Virus record (IMG/VR): IMGVR_UViG_3300030098_004409
Span: 46,289 to 110,288 of that record
DNA from: a virus
Direction: 5' to 3' (one strand)
DNA: 64,000 nt
Under the pieces are notes generated by a model, which was not told where the DNA came from, made no database searches, and worked only from the letters and a program-made list of their open reading frames with translations. This document shows, piece by piece, positions 56,389 to 64,000 of the stretch; positions within the stretch are counted from its first letter, which is position 1, and the number at the start of each line of letters is the position of its first letter. Position numbers and translations under genes: made by a program.

Positions 56389-57008
56389 TATGATAGACTC
56401 CTTACAATAGCCCTCTGTATCTCCCCAGTTCTTGGCTCTAAGGCTCTAGTTATAAAGTTATCGGTAGCAGTACCTGAAAACGCACTATTGACCTTAAATG
56501 GCCTTCTTTTAACTGTCATGTGTGCCATTCCACTTCTACCCTTCGGTCCATAATCAACACCAAAATCGGCTATAATAATAGAGTCACCAGCTGTTAGTAA
56601 CCATTGAAGCCAAGGTATGGAGCCTCCTGTTTCTATTTCAGTGCGTCCAAGATTTAAAAGATTGACAAAGCTAGTTGGCTGTATGCCTATAGTAACTCCA
56701 CCAGAAATGTTCCTGCCTTTAATAGAAAACTTTTGTGCTGTAAAACTAATAGACTCCGCAATCGCATTGACGATTGGGGTAGTGGCATCTTCACCAATTG
56801 GTATACCAAAGTCAGCTCTAAGCTTTCCTCCGTCTATGGATGAAATCTCTGGGCAGGACTGCAAAGCACTTCTGACTATTACTTTTATTGGCTCTTTAGC
56901 TCTAGTAACAGATTTTAAAAAACCCCTATTTGCTTCGTCTACCAAAGCTCTTAATATCTTCTTTTCAATATTAGCTGTGGTTTCGGTCAGCTTTATGGAT
57001 AAAGACAC
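56388..57008 (-). CDS. Neck/tail-completion protein (HK97 gp10-like position)
   Basis: GKLRADFGI, IPWLQWLL and NFITRAL. Probable GTG start at 57008 overlapping the upstream TAG (ORF track start 57026). Confidence 0.5.
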   Translation of the reverse strand: MSLSIKLTETTANIEKKILRALVDEANRGFLKSVTRAKEPIKVIVRSALQSCPEISSIDGGKLRADFGIPIGEDATTPIVNAIAESISFTAQKFSIKGRNISGGVTIGIQPTSFVNLLNLGRTEIETGGSIPWLQWLLTAGDSIIIADFGVDYGPKGRSGMAHMTVKRRPFKVNSAFSGTATDNFITRALEPRTGEIQRAIVRSLS

Positions 57009-57520
57009 TATCCGTTCCTTTCCCAAAACGTGACAGCATACTTTTCTGGATTTTGTTTAAACCCTTGCGGGTATGCTACACTAGCTCTTGTGAATTTCAT
57101 AGTATGGTAGTTTGATATATCGCCGTAAGATTTTGGAATGAGATACTTTGCATTATCCAGCTTTGGAAGGTGAGTCATTTTAGATATAACCTGTATTGCA
57201 CCTTCAGCTAAGTTAACGGCAATACCAATGTCTCTCCATTGCTTTGGCTCCCAGTAAACTCTTACTTCTATATCTTCTTCTGTTTCTACAGCCTTATAGC
57301 CAGCTCCACCACAAGATGGACAAGGCATCCCTCGGCCAAAAGGATATGGGCCGCCGGGCTTGTATACACTTACAGAGCGAGTTCGCGTCCCCATTGTGTC
57401 TAAATAACAATTAGGGCATGACTCTTTTTTCTCTGGGTATACTAACGTGACGGTGCGCTCAAAAAGCTGCACCGCCTCATTATATACATTAAAAACACCT
57501 GTTGGTATTACTATGGGCAT
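57008..57520 (-). CDS. Head-closure/stopper protein with Zn-finger insert
   Basis: CPNC...CPSCGGAGY; position in the head-tail joining block. Confidence 0.55.
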   Translation of the reverse strand: MPIVIPTGVFNVYNEAVQLFERTVTLVYPEKKESCPNCYLDTMGTRTRSVSVYKPGGPYPFGRGMPCPSCGGAGYKAVETEEDIEVRVYWEPKQWRDIGIAVNLAEGAIQVISKMTHLPKLDNAKYLIPKSYGDISNYHTMKFTRASVAYPQGFKQNPEKYAVTFWERNG

Positions 57521-57524
57521 GATA

Positions 57525-57821
57525 TTAAACAGTCACAAAAAATACTTTCGATGAGGTTCCGCTAACGGCTCTCACGTAAATTGTAGATGGGTCGATAACT
57601 GGAATAACTACACTCTCTCCAGCAGACAATGGGAATCCATCTGTTGCATCAGCGGCGTCGGTTGTAACTGTAGAAATTCCTACATATACTTTAACCGAAT
57701 TCGTCGAATCTGCCACAATCTGAACCCCCCTAGACGCGTGGGTTGAAGTAGTTGTAAGCTGCACGGCGGTTGTCCCAATGCTGCTTTTTCTACCAGTTGC
57801 AAAACTTGATACTCCTGCCAT
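57525..57821 (-). CDS. Small virion protein (beta-sandwich)
   Basis: AVQL...GVQIVADSTNSVKVYVG...GFPLSAGES pattern, common in small phage structural proteins. Confidence 0.55.
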   Translation of the reverse strand: MAGVSSFATGRKSSIGTTAVQLTTTSTHASRGVQIVADSTNSVKVYVGISTVTTDAADATDGFPLSAGESVVIPVIDPSTIYVRAVSGTSSKVFFVTV

Positions 57822-57832
57822 ATTTAAGCTCC

Positions 57833-58060
57833 TTATGTGCTATAATTCATGTAATCATCTAGTCTGTGATTAAGACTATCATACATAACATCTATACTTT
57901 GATCTATAAGTGAAGAGGATATTGGCGGAGACAAAGTGTGATTTGAGCTAACTTTGTTTGCCGCTGTCAATCCTTTAGCGCCAGCAATACTGACGATCCC
58001 AGCACCACCGTTTGGTTGGTCATCACTATTTCTTACTTTCTGTGCTACGTCTACAGCCAT
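57833..58060 (-). CDS. Hypothetical small protein
   Basis: 75 aa with an AAGGAG RBS. Confidence 0.6.
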   Translation of the reverse strand: MAVDVAQKVRNSDDQPNGGAGIVSIAGAKGLTAANKVSSNHTLSPPISSSLIDQSIDVMYDSLNHRLDDYMNYST

Positions 58061-58075
58061 TTTAATTCTCCTTTA

Positions 58076-58588
58076 TTAATAATCAAATGCGGACCCTGAA
58101 CGTCCGTAGTTGTATTGGAATGAACGGTTAACAACAGCACTACCCGGACTGTATGGACCAAGGATAGCTTGACCATGTAGACTGTTAGTTGTTTTATATG
58201 TGTTAAGAAGTTCTTCATATTTATCACACAAATCTTGATATAAAGTATTCAAGGTCGCTGATACACCTCTAAGGTCTATAGCCGAAGGGCCATCTTTAAG
58301 CGATAAAGAGTTTGCTGCTTCTGTTTTTACCTCACTGCCCACAATAATGCAAGCTGCCTGATAAGCAGTAAGAACCGTAAAGTCTGTGTCCTTATTGTCC
58401 ACAGGATCTGGTGAGATATCTTTCGCTGCTATGTCTACTGTATATGTGTAACTAAAGTCGGCTTGGTTATACACCTTGTAGGCGGCAATCGCTATAATTT
58501 GCTCTAGTCTAGAATCTGCATACTTAGACCCATCAAGGTCACCTATGAGGGTTCTGACAAAGAGAACTAAATCTGTAGTCCACGCCAT
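58076..58588 (-). CDS. Head-tail adaptor/connector protein
   Basis: VRTLIGDLD...YADSRLEQII...SLKDGPSAID, a helical adaptor-like pattern. Confidence 0.6.
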   Translation of the reverse strand: MAWTTDLVLFVRTLIGDLDGSKYADSRLEQIIAIAAYKVYNQADFSYTYTVDIAAKDISPDPVDNKDTDFTVLTAYQAACIIVGSEVKTEAANSLSLKDGPSAIDLRGVSATLNTLYQDLCDKYEELLNTYKTTNSLHGQAILGPYSPGSAVVNRSFQYNYGRSGSAFDY

Positions 58589-58623
58589 TTTATTTTTCCT
58601 TTATACTAGGTTATTACATATAC

Positions 58624-58635
58624 ATATACACAAAA
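58624..58635 (-). promoter_or_regulatory. Putative late-promoter motif TTTTGTGTATAT
   Basis: Recurrent intergenic motif, 1 nt after the upstream stop codon. Confidence 0.55.
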
Positions 58636-58636
58636 T

Positions 58637-59695
58637 TTATACTGTTGAGAACGATCCTAGCCCCTGAACTCCAAAGAAAGCTAAGTTTAACCTTCTACTA
58701 GGGTCATCGGATGCCGTTGCGGAAGTCGGCGCTAGGTTAAACTGGTCTGCACCCAAGTCCCAAGCTGTTCCAGCTGCATCCCTATCCCCTCCATCTATAT
58801 CTAAGTTCACATTAGTTGGAGTAGTCCCTAAATCGAGACCCTCGCCTATAAGGTCTGTACCCGACTTTAAGTGCAGGTCAGGATCACTTGTTGAAGTGTC
58901 TACAAATGCGTCGGCATAAGGTTCTGCGGTTAAGTTTGTTACGTCACTTATTGCTCCAACAGCTCCCCAGTAATCAGCTGTCGCACCGGCAACTATCGGA
59001 TTTTGAGAAAATGAATGATATCTATAAGCCAAGATATTTTTAGCATTCGCTCCACTGGTTCTAAGTGTTTGATAGAATAATCGAGCTGAGCCCGCTTCGT
59101 CGTCTTGAACTGGTAGATAGTAATATGTACAATTATATATATTAGTAATTACTGAGGCTTCCGTATCATGAACTCTCATGCTCCCCGTACTACCCGAACT
59201 GCAGTTAAACACAAAGTTGTTCATAAACGTCATGCCGCTTCTATTCCTCATGACACTTACTGTGCCGCCTGATGTTGATGTTGATCTAATATTGTGGATA
59301 AGAGAATTTCTTAGCACGCATCCGCTTGTGCTTGTATTCAAAAAGAAACCAAATCTGCCTGTGCCGTTACCGTTCAATTCTATAAACGATACGTCCACAT
59401 TTGGTTCTTGCACATTAATTATATATGAGCTAGTAGAAGAAGGTTTAATTACAACTCCAGATCCTGCGGTTCCATCGTGTTTTTGCCCCTCGGCGGCGGT
59501 AAGCTCTATATTCGTCGGGATCGCAGATGCATCGCTAATAGTTACATTTTCAGTAAATACGCTATCAGCATAACATACACCTTGAGCTGTATCTCCAGAA
59601 CTATAAACTGAACCATTGGAAAGGTCTGCTTCCCAAGCTGTTATAGTACTATAATCTCTACCTGTTGTTCCTATGGATTTTGCAACTGTTGCCAT
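58637..59695 (-). CDS. Right-handed beta-helix (pectin-lyase-like) virion protein
   Basis: RDYSTITAWEADL N-terminus; LRNSLIHN/FMNNFVFN/IYNCTYY rungs; DLHL...DIDGGDR...WDLGADQ C-terminus. Confidence 0.7.
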   Translation of the reverse strand: MATVAKSIGTTGRDYSTITAWEADLSNGSVYSSGDTAQGVCYADSVFTENVTISDASAIPTNIELTAAEGQKHDGTAGSGVVIKPSSTSSYIINVQEPNVDVSFIELNGNGTGRFGFFLNTSTSGCVLRNSLIHNIRSTSTSGGTVSVMRNRSGMTFMNNFVFNCSSGSTGSMRVHDTEASVITNIYNCTYYYLPVQDDEAGSARLFYQTLRTSGANAKNILAYRYHSFSQNPIVAGATADYWGAVGAISDVTNLTAEPYADAFVDTSTSDPDLHLKSGTDLIGEGLDLGTTPTNVNLDIDGGDRDAAGTAWDLGADQFNLAPTSATASDDPSRRLNLAFFGVQGLGSFSTV

Positions 59696-59707
59696 CTAAC
59701 AATATTC

Positions 59708-60019
59708 CTATGCTAAGTTTTTGTATACTGTAAAATTATGAACATCGCTGTGGTAAGTGGTGCTAGCAAATACTACTTTACCTTGAATTTTCCAAGCCCC
59801 CGCAGTATCAATATCTCCTGACGTTGTAACATACTTTGCTTTACCGTCAGTGCCATCTGTTACTAAAGCTCCAGTTTTTTGCGAAGCGCTATCATCAGGA
59901 CCTTGCAATATAATATATATATTATTTGCGGAGCTAATATCTACAACAGATCCATCATCTTTAAAAGTTAATTGGAGAGTAGTTCCAATATCACCTACAT
60001 GTATTTCATTACTGGCCAT
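59708..60019 (-). CDS. BppU-like small structural protein
   Basis: GDIGTTLQLTF...VDIS...DGKAKY..TSGDIDTAGAWKIQGKV...FTV. Confidence 0.65.
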   Translation of the reverse strand: MASNEIHVGDIGTTLQLTFKDDGSVVDISSANNIYIILQGPDDSASQKTGALVTDGTDGKAKYVTTSGDIDTAGAWKIQGKVVFASTTYHSDVHNFTVYKNLA

Positions 60020-60022
60020 TAT

Positions 60023-61381
60023 CTAACCCTCAAAAGTAGCAAATGTTTCTATACTGGCGTCTACGGCTTTATTTGTATCGAGAGAAGCTGTCAGGCTCAT
60101 GTCTGTATTTATTGAGATACTTTTTTCCAAATTTGTATTTATTGAAACGTTTTTCTCCAAATCTGTATTTATTGAGATACTCTTCTCCAAATCTGTATTT
60201 ATGGAGACATTTTTCTCCAAATCTGCATTTATTGAAACGTTTTTATGCAAATCTGTACTTATTGAGACATTTTTCTCCAAATCTGTGTTTATACTACAAA
60301 TAAAGCTATCAGACGTATTAATATACACAATAAATTCTTCGGTTATTAGTAATTGGTTTATTTCTGCTGTAGCATTAAGTGTAGCTGAGGCAGTTAACGA
60401 AGCAGCTGCCTGTATATTAAAACCTTCTATTGTCGACAAAGAGCCTCTAGCCGTTAAGGAGGCAGAAGCGCCTTTGAGCACTTTACCCGACGCAGAACAT
60501 GCTCCACTGGCAGAAAGTGATGCTGATGCAAACCTGTCCACTTTTGCAGTTTGGGATGTGGAAGCACTAGCAGATAGTGATCCAGAGGCAAATCTTTTAA
60601 CAGTGCCTAACGCCGACACGGAAGCAGAGGCTGTAAGCGATGCCGAGCCAAAGTTTTTACTTTTAGCTGAAGCTGACAACGTAGCCGATGCAGATGAAGA
60701 CGCGGAAGCGTTTTTCTTTATAAATCCAGTAGCCGAAAGAGAGCCACCACAGGATACTGATGCAGGAGCAAATCTTCTTGCTTTTGAATTGACAGAAATT
60801 GTAGCACCTGCCGATAGGCTCGTTGCTCCAGATATTGTTTGTCCCGGAAGTGTGCCTGTAGCCGACAAGGTTGCGGATGCTGCTATTGAAGCAGACGCTA
60901 GCCTGTTGACTTTGGTCAAAGAGGAAACTGCAGCAGTAGCACTCAAAGAGGCGGAGGCTTTCTTCTTCACTAAACCGGAAGAAGACATGACGCCACTAAC
61001 ATTAAGCGATGCAGACGCAGTATTTATCGAAGTTCCTGTGGCGGATACCGAAGCGATTGCGCTAATTGAGGTAGAGGCATTTTTCTTTACAAAAGCCGTA
61101 GCAGATATTGACGCGCTGACGCTAAGCGAAGCAAAACCACTATTTGTCGAGCTCGCTGTAGCAGACAACGACGCGCTACCACTGAGGGATGCCGAAGCCA
61201 GTTTCTTAACTTCTGCGGTAGCAGAAACCGACACACTAGCTGATAATGACGCTTCTCCGGTATCTTTATTAGATGCTGAAGCAGAAATTGTGGCAGATGC
61301 CGACAGAGAAGCTGTTGCGCTTACTACATTTCCAGCGGAGGAGAACGGCCCTGACGAAAATGGAGCTCCTGAAAAACTCAT
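60023..61381 (-). CDS. Ser/Ala-rich repeat protein (putative virion fibre/decoration)
   Basis: 452 aa. FSGAPFSSGPFSS N-terminus, many ~20-aa ASASLSASAxxSA units, then 10-aa repeats; AAGGAG RBS. Confidence 0.75.
   Translation of the reverse strand: MSFSGAPFSSGPFSSAGNVVSATASLSASATISASASNKDTGEASLSASVSVSATAEVKKLASASLSGSASLSATASSTNSGFASLSVSASISATAFVKKNASTSISAIASVSATGTSINTASASLNVSGVMSSSGLVKKKASASLSATAAVSSLTKVNRLASASIAASATLSATGTLPGQTISGATSLSAGATISVNSKARRFAPASVSCGGSLSATGFIKKNASASSSASATLSASAKSKNFGSASLTASASVSALGTVKRFASGSLSASASTSQTAKVDRFASASLSASGACSASGKVLKGASASLTARGSLSTIEGFNIQAAASLTASATLNATAEINQLLITEEFIVYINTSDSFICSINTDLEKNVSISTDLHKNVSINADLEKNVSINTDLEKSISINTDLEKNVSINTNLEKSISINTDMSLTASLDTNKAVDASIETFATFEG
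60101..60292 (-). repeat. 30-bp in-frame tandem repeat (~6.4 copies; SINTDLEKNV-like)
   Basis: Units such as ATCTGTATTTATTGAGACATTTTTCTCCAA repeat every 30 nt on the + strand. Confidence 0.92.
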
Positions 61382-61418
61382 ATGCCTTCTCCTTTATATT
61401 GCGGATTGCTAACTAATC

Positions 61419-61429
61419 TATATACACAA
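61419..61429 (-). promoter_or_regulatory. Putative late-promoter motif TTGTGTATATA
   Basis: Recurrent intergenic motif upstream of the Ser/Ala-rich gene. Confidence 0.55.
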
Positions 61430-61456
61430 TAACAAGATTATATACTTATTATTCCT

Positions 61457-62239
61457 TTATCGTTCATGCTTTAGCCTGTTGTCAAAATGGTTAAACGTAT
61501 TAAAATAATCGAACCATTGTTTTTTATATTTGGGAGAGCCACTTATCCTTGGTCTGCCTGTCTTTTCTTCCCAGTCTTCCAAACTCTTAGTGAAGTAATG
61601 GTTTATTACAATGTCTTTTGTAGTTCTTCTGCATTTGTACCTAGCAAAAATTTTGCCGTCTTCATACACGGTAGGCTTACTAAATTTAAAGTCGTGAGCG
61701 TTTTTTATTGATTGCAGACATTTGTTTCTAAATATAGGTTTTGTCATTTTAAACAGATCTGAAGGATGTTGATGTGTAGGATAAATATTGTCGATCTTTA
61801 CATCGTCTGGATTTCTTAATGTATAGCTATCTACCACTGGATTGTTAGGAGAGCTATTATGTCCAGAGCTTCCGAATATGTTCTGGCAAATCGAAATTGC
61901 TGCAGCTTTAGAAAACCTCTCCAAAGACAAAAAGTCCTTCAATGTATGGTTTGGCAAAAATAAAAACTCATCGACATCTAGAAGTGTCAGCCATTCTGTA
62001 GTACATATTCTAGAAATTTTATAGTATATGGAATTTTGAAAGCATTGCCCCGAACAGTCTTTATCTGTGTGCGTTATTATCTTTACGTTAAATGGTAAAT
62101 CTAGTATCTTTTTGTGAGTATCATCAGTGCACCTGTCTAAATTAATAATAAACCTATCAACCCCCAAAAGGTGATGATGTGTAAGCCACTCTTTTATATA
62201 CTTAGCTTCGTTTTTTACTGTTCCTCCTAGTGTTATCAT
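61457..62239 (-). CDS. Glycosyltransferase (Glyco_tranf_2_4/GT92-like)
   Basis: VKNEAKYIKEWLTHHHLLGVDRF, WLTLLDVDEFL and INHYFTKSLEDW. Confidence 0.88.
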   Translation of the reverse strand: MITLGGTVKNEAKYIKEWLTHHHLLGVDRFIINLDRCTDDTHKKILDLPFNVKIITHTDKDCSGQCFQNSIYYKISRICTTEWLTLLDVDEFLFLPNHTLKDFLSLERFSKAAAISICQNIFGSSGHNSSPNNPVVDSYTLRNPDDVKIDNIYPTHQHPSDLFKMTKPIFRNKCLQSIKNAHDFKFSKPTVYEDGKIFARYKCRRTTKDIVINHYFTKSLEDWEEKTGRPRISGSPKYKKQWFDYFNTFNHFDNRLKHER

Positions 62240-62943
62240 TTATATGTTATAGGCACACTTGTTTCCTTTTGCCTACCCTTTACTATTTTGTTCATTTTTT
62301 CTATCGTGTCTTGACTCAGGTAGTCAACAAACCCTCCTATTTTACCCCTTCTAACCTTAAAGGATTCCTTGTTGTTGGAGTCGGCTTTTCTTAACTCGCC
62401 CTTGTCGTTTCCCTCAAGTTCTATATTTCTCATATTATCAAAATTATTTAGCAGGATGCAATCACTGATTTTATCTCGATCATAGTCTATTGGCAGGTAA
62501 TCAATAAGTTTTTGAATGCCTCCACTGTACAAGTCCTCATATCTTACCAATAGATCATAACAGGAATCGTACTTAATATAGAAGTTATCAATGACTTTGT
62601 CTAAGTTCCTTAAGCAGAACTCATCAATTGTCATGCTTTCTGGAATCTCCTGTAGAGTTCTTCTGGATATATCTCTTCTGTATTTCAAGTGAAAGTAGTA
62701 GCTTACAAGCATGTCCCTTACATCTCTGGTAAATACTATTTTCTTGTCGAACTTACCAAGTTTGTCCGCTGGTATAGCTGGATGGGCAAAGAGGTATATA
62801 ATGTGCTTCTTGTTAATGTATACCCTCTTGAAGTCCTTGTGGTCCATATCTATTTTTTTGAACTGCCCCTTTGTGGCACAGTCTAACACTCTTCCCAAGA
62901 ATGTGGTTCCCGTTTTTGGTCTAGCCAATATTACGAAATTCAT
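62236..62943 (-). CDS. Sulfotransferase (PAPS-dependent)
   Basis: 5'-PSB loop RPKTGTTFL, 3'-PB motif RDVRDMLVSYY, VRYEDL and KVRRGKIGG. Confidence 0.9.
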   Translation of the reverse strand: MNFVILARPKTGTTFLGRVLDCATKGQFKKIDMDHKDFKRVYINKKHIIYLFAHPAIPADKLGKFDKKIVFTRDVRDMLVSYYFHLKYRRDISRRTLQEIPESMTIDEFCLRNLDKVIDNFYIKYDSCYDLLVRYEDLYSGGIQKLIDYLPIDYDRDKISDCILLNNFDNMRNIELEGNDKGELRKADSNNKESFKVRRGKIGGFVDYLSQDTIEKMNKIVKGRQKETSVPITYK

Positions 62944-63601
62944 CAGATGATAGTCCTTTCGATAACATTAATAATTCTCTGTTTATTTTTTTATCAAAGT
63001 TTTCGTCAAACCTATTGTTAAGAGCTACACTATTAAACGAGCCAAACCCTCTAACTTCTATCTCTAATATCCAGCATTTACCATCTTCGTCAAAAATAAT
63101 ATCATAGCCAAGAACTGATTGATTTGGGACTTTATGTTTTATCAGGTTAAAAGAATCAAATACTAAAAGATCGAAATCTTCTGGTGTATTAGTTAAAGTG
63201 GTGGTTCTGCCATTTCTAAGACCGTTGGTAAATAGACCTTCTGGGTCTTGTCTAGAAAACTTAGAATCGCATTTTTTAACCATGCATCTTTTATATAAAT
63301 GTGGTTTTTTATTGACTACTAAACACCAAGCTCTGTAATCAATTTTGTACCCATTATCCAGTTTAGGAAAAACTTCTTCTTGTACTATTACTGGAAAGCT
63401 CCTGAGAGTCCCTTTGTCTATAAGTAATTGTTTTCCTTTGCTAAAAGATATAGTGTTAGATCTTACTCCATCTGGAGTTTTTATAAAATAATATTTATTT
63501 TCCAGAGATGTTTTATTGTATTTATATAGTGAGTCACAAATTATAGTTTTAGGATAGCCATAAAACCCATTAAGCAACTTAGAAATTTTTACTTTATCCA
63601 A
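62921..63601 (-). CDS. ATP-grasp ligase (tubulin-tyrosine-ligase/YheCD-like)
   Basis: FIKTPDG, IVQEEV, GYKIDYRAWCLV, FTN and LGYDIIFDEDGKCWILEI; TTG start. Confidence 0.75.
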   Translation of the reverse strand: MDKVKISKLLNGFYGYPKTIICDSLYKYNKTSLENKYYFIKTPDGVRSNTISFSKGKQLLIDKGTLRSFPVIVQEEVFPKLDNGYKIDYRAWCLVVNKKPHLYKRCMVKKCDSKFSRQDPEGLFTNGLRNGRTTTLTNTPEDFDLLVFDSFNLIKHKVPNQSVLGYDIIFDEDGKCWILEIEVRGFGSFNSVALNNRFDENFDKKINRELLMLSKGLSSDEFRNIG

Positions 63602-64000
63602 TTGACTTATTCCTAACCTTTACAATTTTACTAGGGCACATATTACAAATTGATTCTGGCTTTTCATTCTTTTTGAAGAAGCCCTTTATGTCTTCCTCGT
63701 GGTCTGAATAATGTATTGGCTTATACTTTAAATACTCGTCAAATTTTGTAGATGTTCTACTCTCTTTCTTCATTAGTGGTAAAAAAGCAATTGCGGCACA
63801 TTTATGTATATAGCCATCGAGGAGTATTGTGCAAAACTTTGATCTGCATATGTTCCAGCTTTCTTGTGGGTTGTTATCTTCGTAAGGTTCTATCAAATCT
63901 CCTTCAATGTATCTACTAGACCAATCGCTAACATAGTCTTCTATTCTTAAGTTAAGACCGAGAGCTTGCCATTTTTTTAGAGTTTTTATGCAAGGATCTA
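63594..64000 (-). CDS. C-terminal part of a radical SAM/SPASM-like Fe-S protein (partial)
   Basis: Frame stays open to the window edge; CRSKFC..LLDGYIHKC...ICNMCP. Confidence 0.6.
   Translation of the reverse strand, partial: DPCIKTLKKWQALGLNLRIEDYVSDWSSRYIEGDLIEPYEDNNPQESWNICRSKFCTILLDGYIHKCAAIAFLPLMKKESRTSTKFDEYLKYKPIHYSDHEEDIKGFFKKNEKPESICNMCPSKIVKVRNKSIG

Noticed and set aside
60101-60292. Possible CRISPR array
   Set aside because: The units are contiguous 30-mers with no unique spacers and are in frame within a CDS.
60320-60330. Additional TTGTGTATAT match
   Set aside because: It lies inside a coding region (FIVYIN), ~300 nt from the next start; may be chance, so not counted.
60099-61412. 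437-aa + strand ORF
   Set aside because: Antisense shadow of the Ser/Ala repeat gene, whose codons lack stops on the reverse strand. The - strand gene has the RBS, the upstream motif and operon context.
1-64000. Stop-codon reassignment, and the many short (60-160 aa) ORFs nested in long genes
   Set aside because: Long ORFs tile both arms under the standard code with TAA, TAG and TGA all used as stops. The nested ORFs are antisense or out-of-frame shadows without motifs.

Overview
This window reads as part of a large tailed bacteriophage genome (Caudoviricetes, probably jumbo-sized). It uses the standard genetic code, has tightly overlapping genes, and I found no cellular housekeeping genes, rRNA, tRNA or CRISPR array. 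The + strand (1-17047) carries a ~15 kb glycan biosynthesis/modification operon: about 9 recognisable glycosyltransferases, GDP-fucose synthase, a UDP-glucuronate-decarboxylase-like SDR, a nucleotidyltransferase, 3-4 methyltransferases, a formyltransferase and a PIG-L deacetylase. A free-standing endonuclease, a Rad52/Sak-like annealase and a Zn-ribbon protein follow. Two terminator hairpins mark the convergence point. The - strand (17164-61381) is a virion morphogenesis module: head-tail joining genes, tail tube, two paralogous chaperone-like genes, a 3849-aa tape measure protein (TMP) and several very large tail-tip/fibre proteins. No sheath gene was seen. A second modification block (glycosyltransferase, sulfotransferase, ATP-grasp ligase, partial radical SAM) lies at the right end. 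Three signals stand out. (1) A candidate phage-encoded, proteoglycan-like virion glycosylation system: the enzyme set is paired with Ser-Gly-rich and Ser/Ala-repeat virion proteins. (2) The TMP is built as a modular protein, with six DTVPAMLTPGE(F/Y)V boxes bracketing non-helical cargo-like domains, one with a PD-(D/E)XK-like motif. (3) A TTGTGTAT(A/T) motif recurs in five - strand intergenic gaps, one copy followed by a terminator-like hairpin just before the TMP. All functional calls come from motif recognition by eye; no database searches were run.
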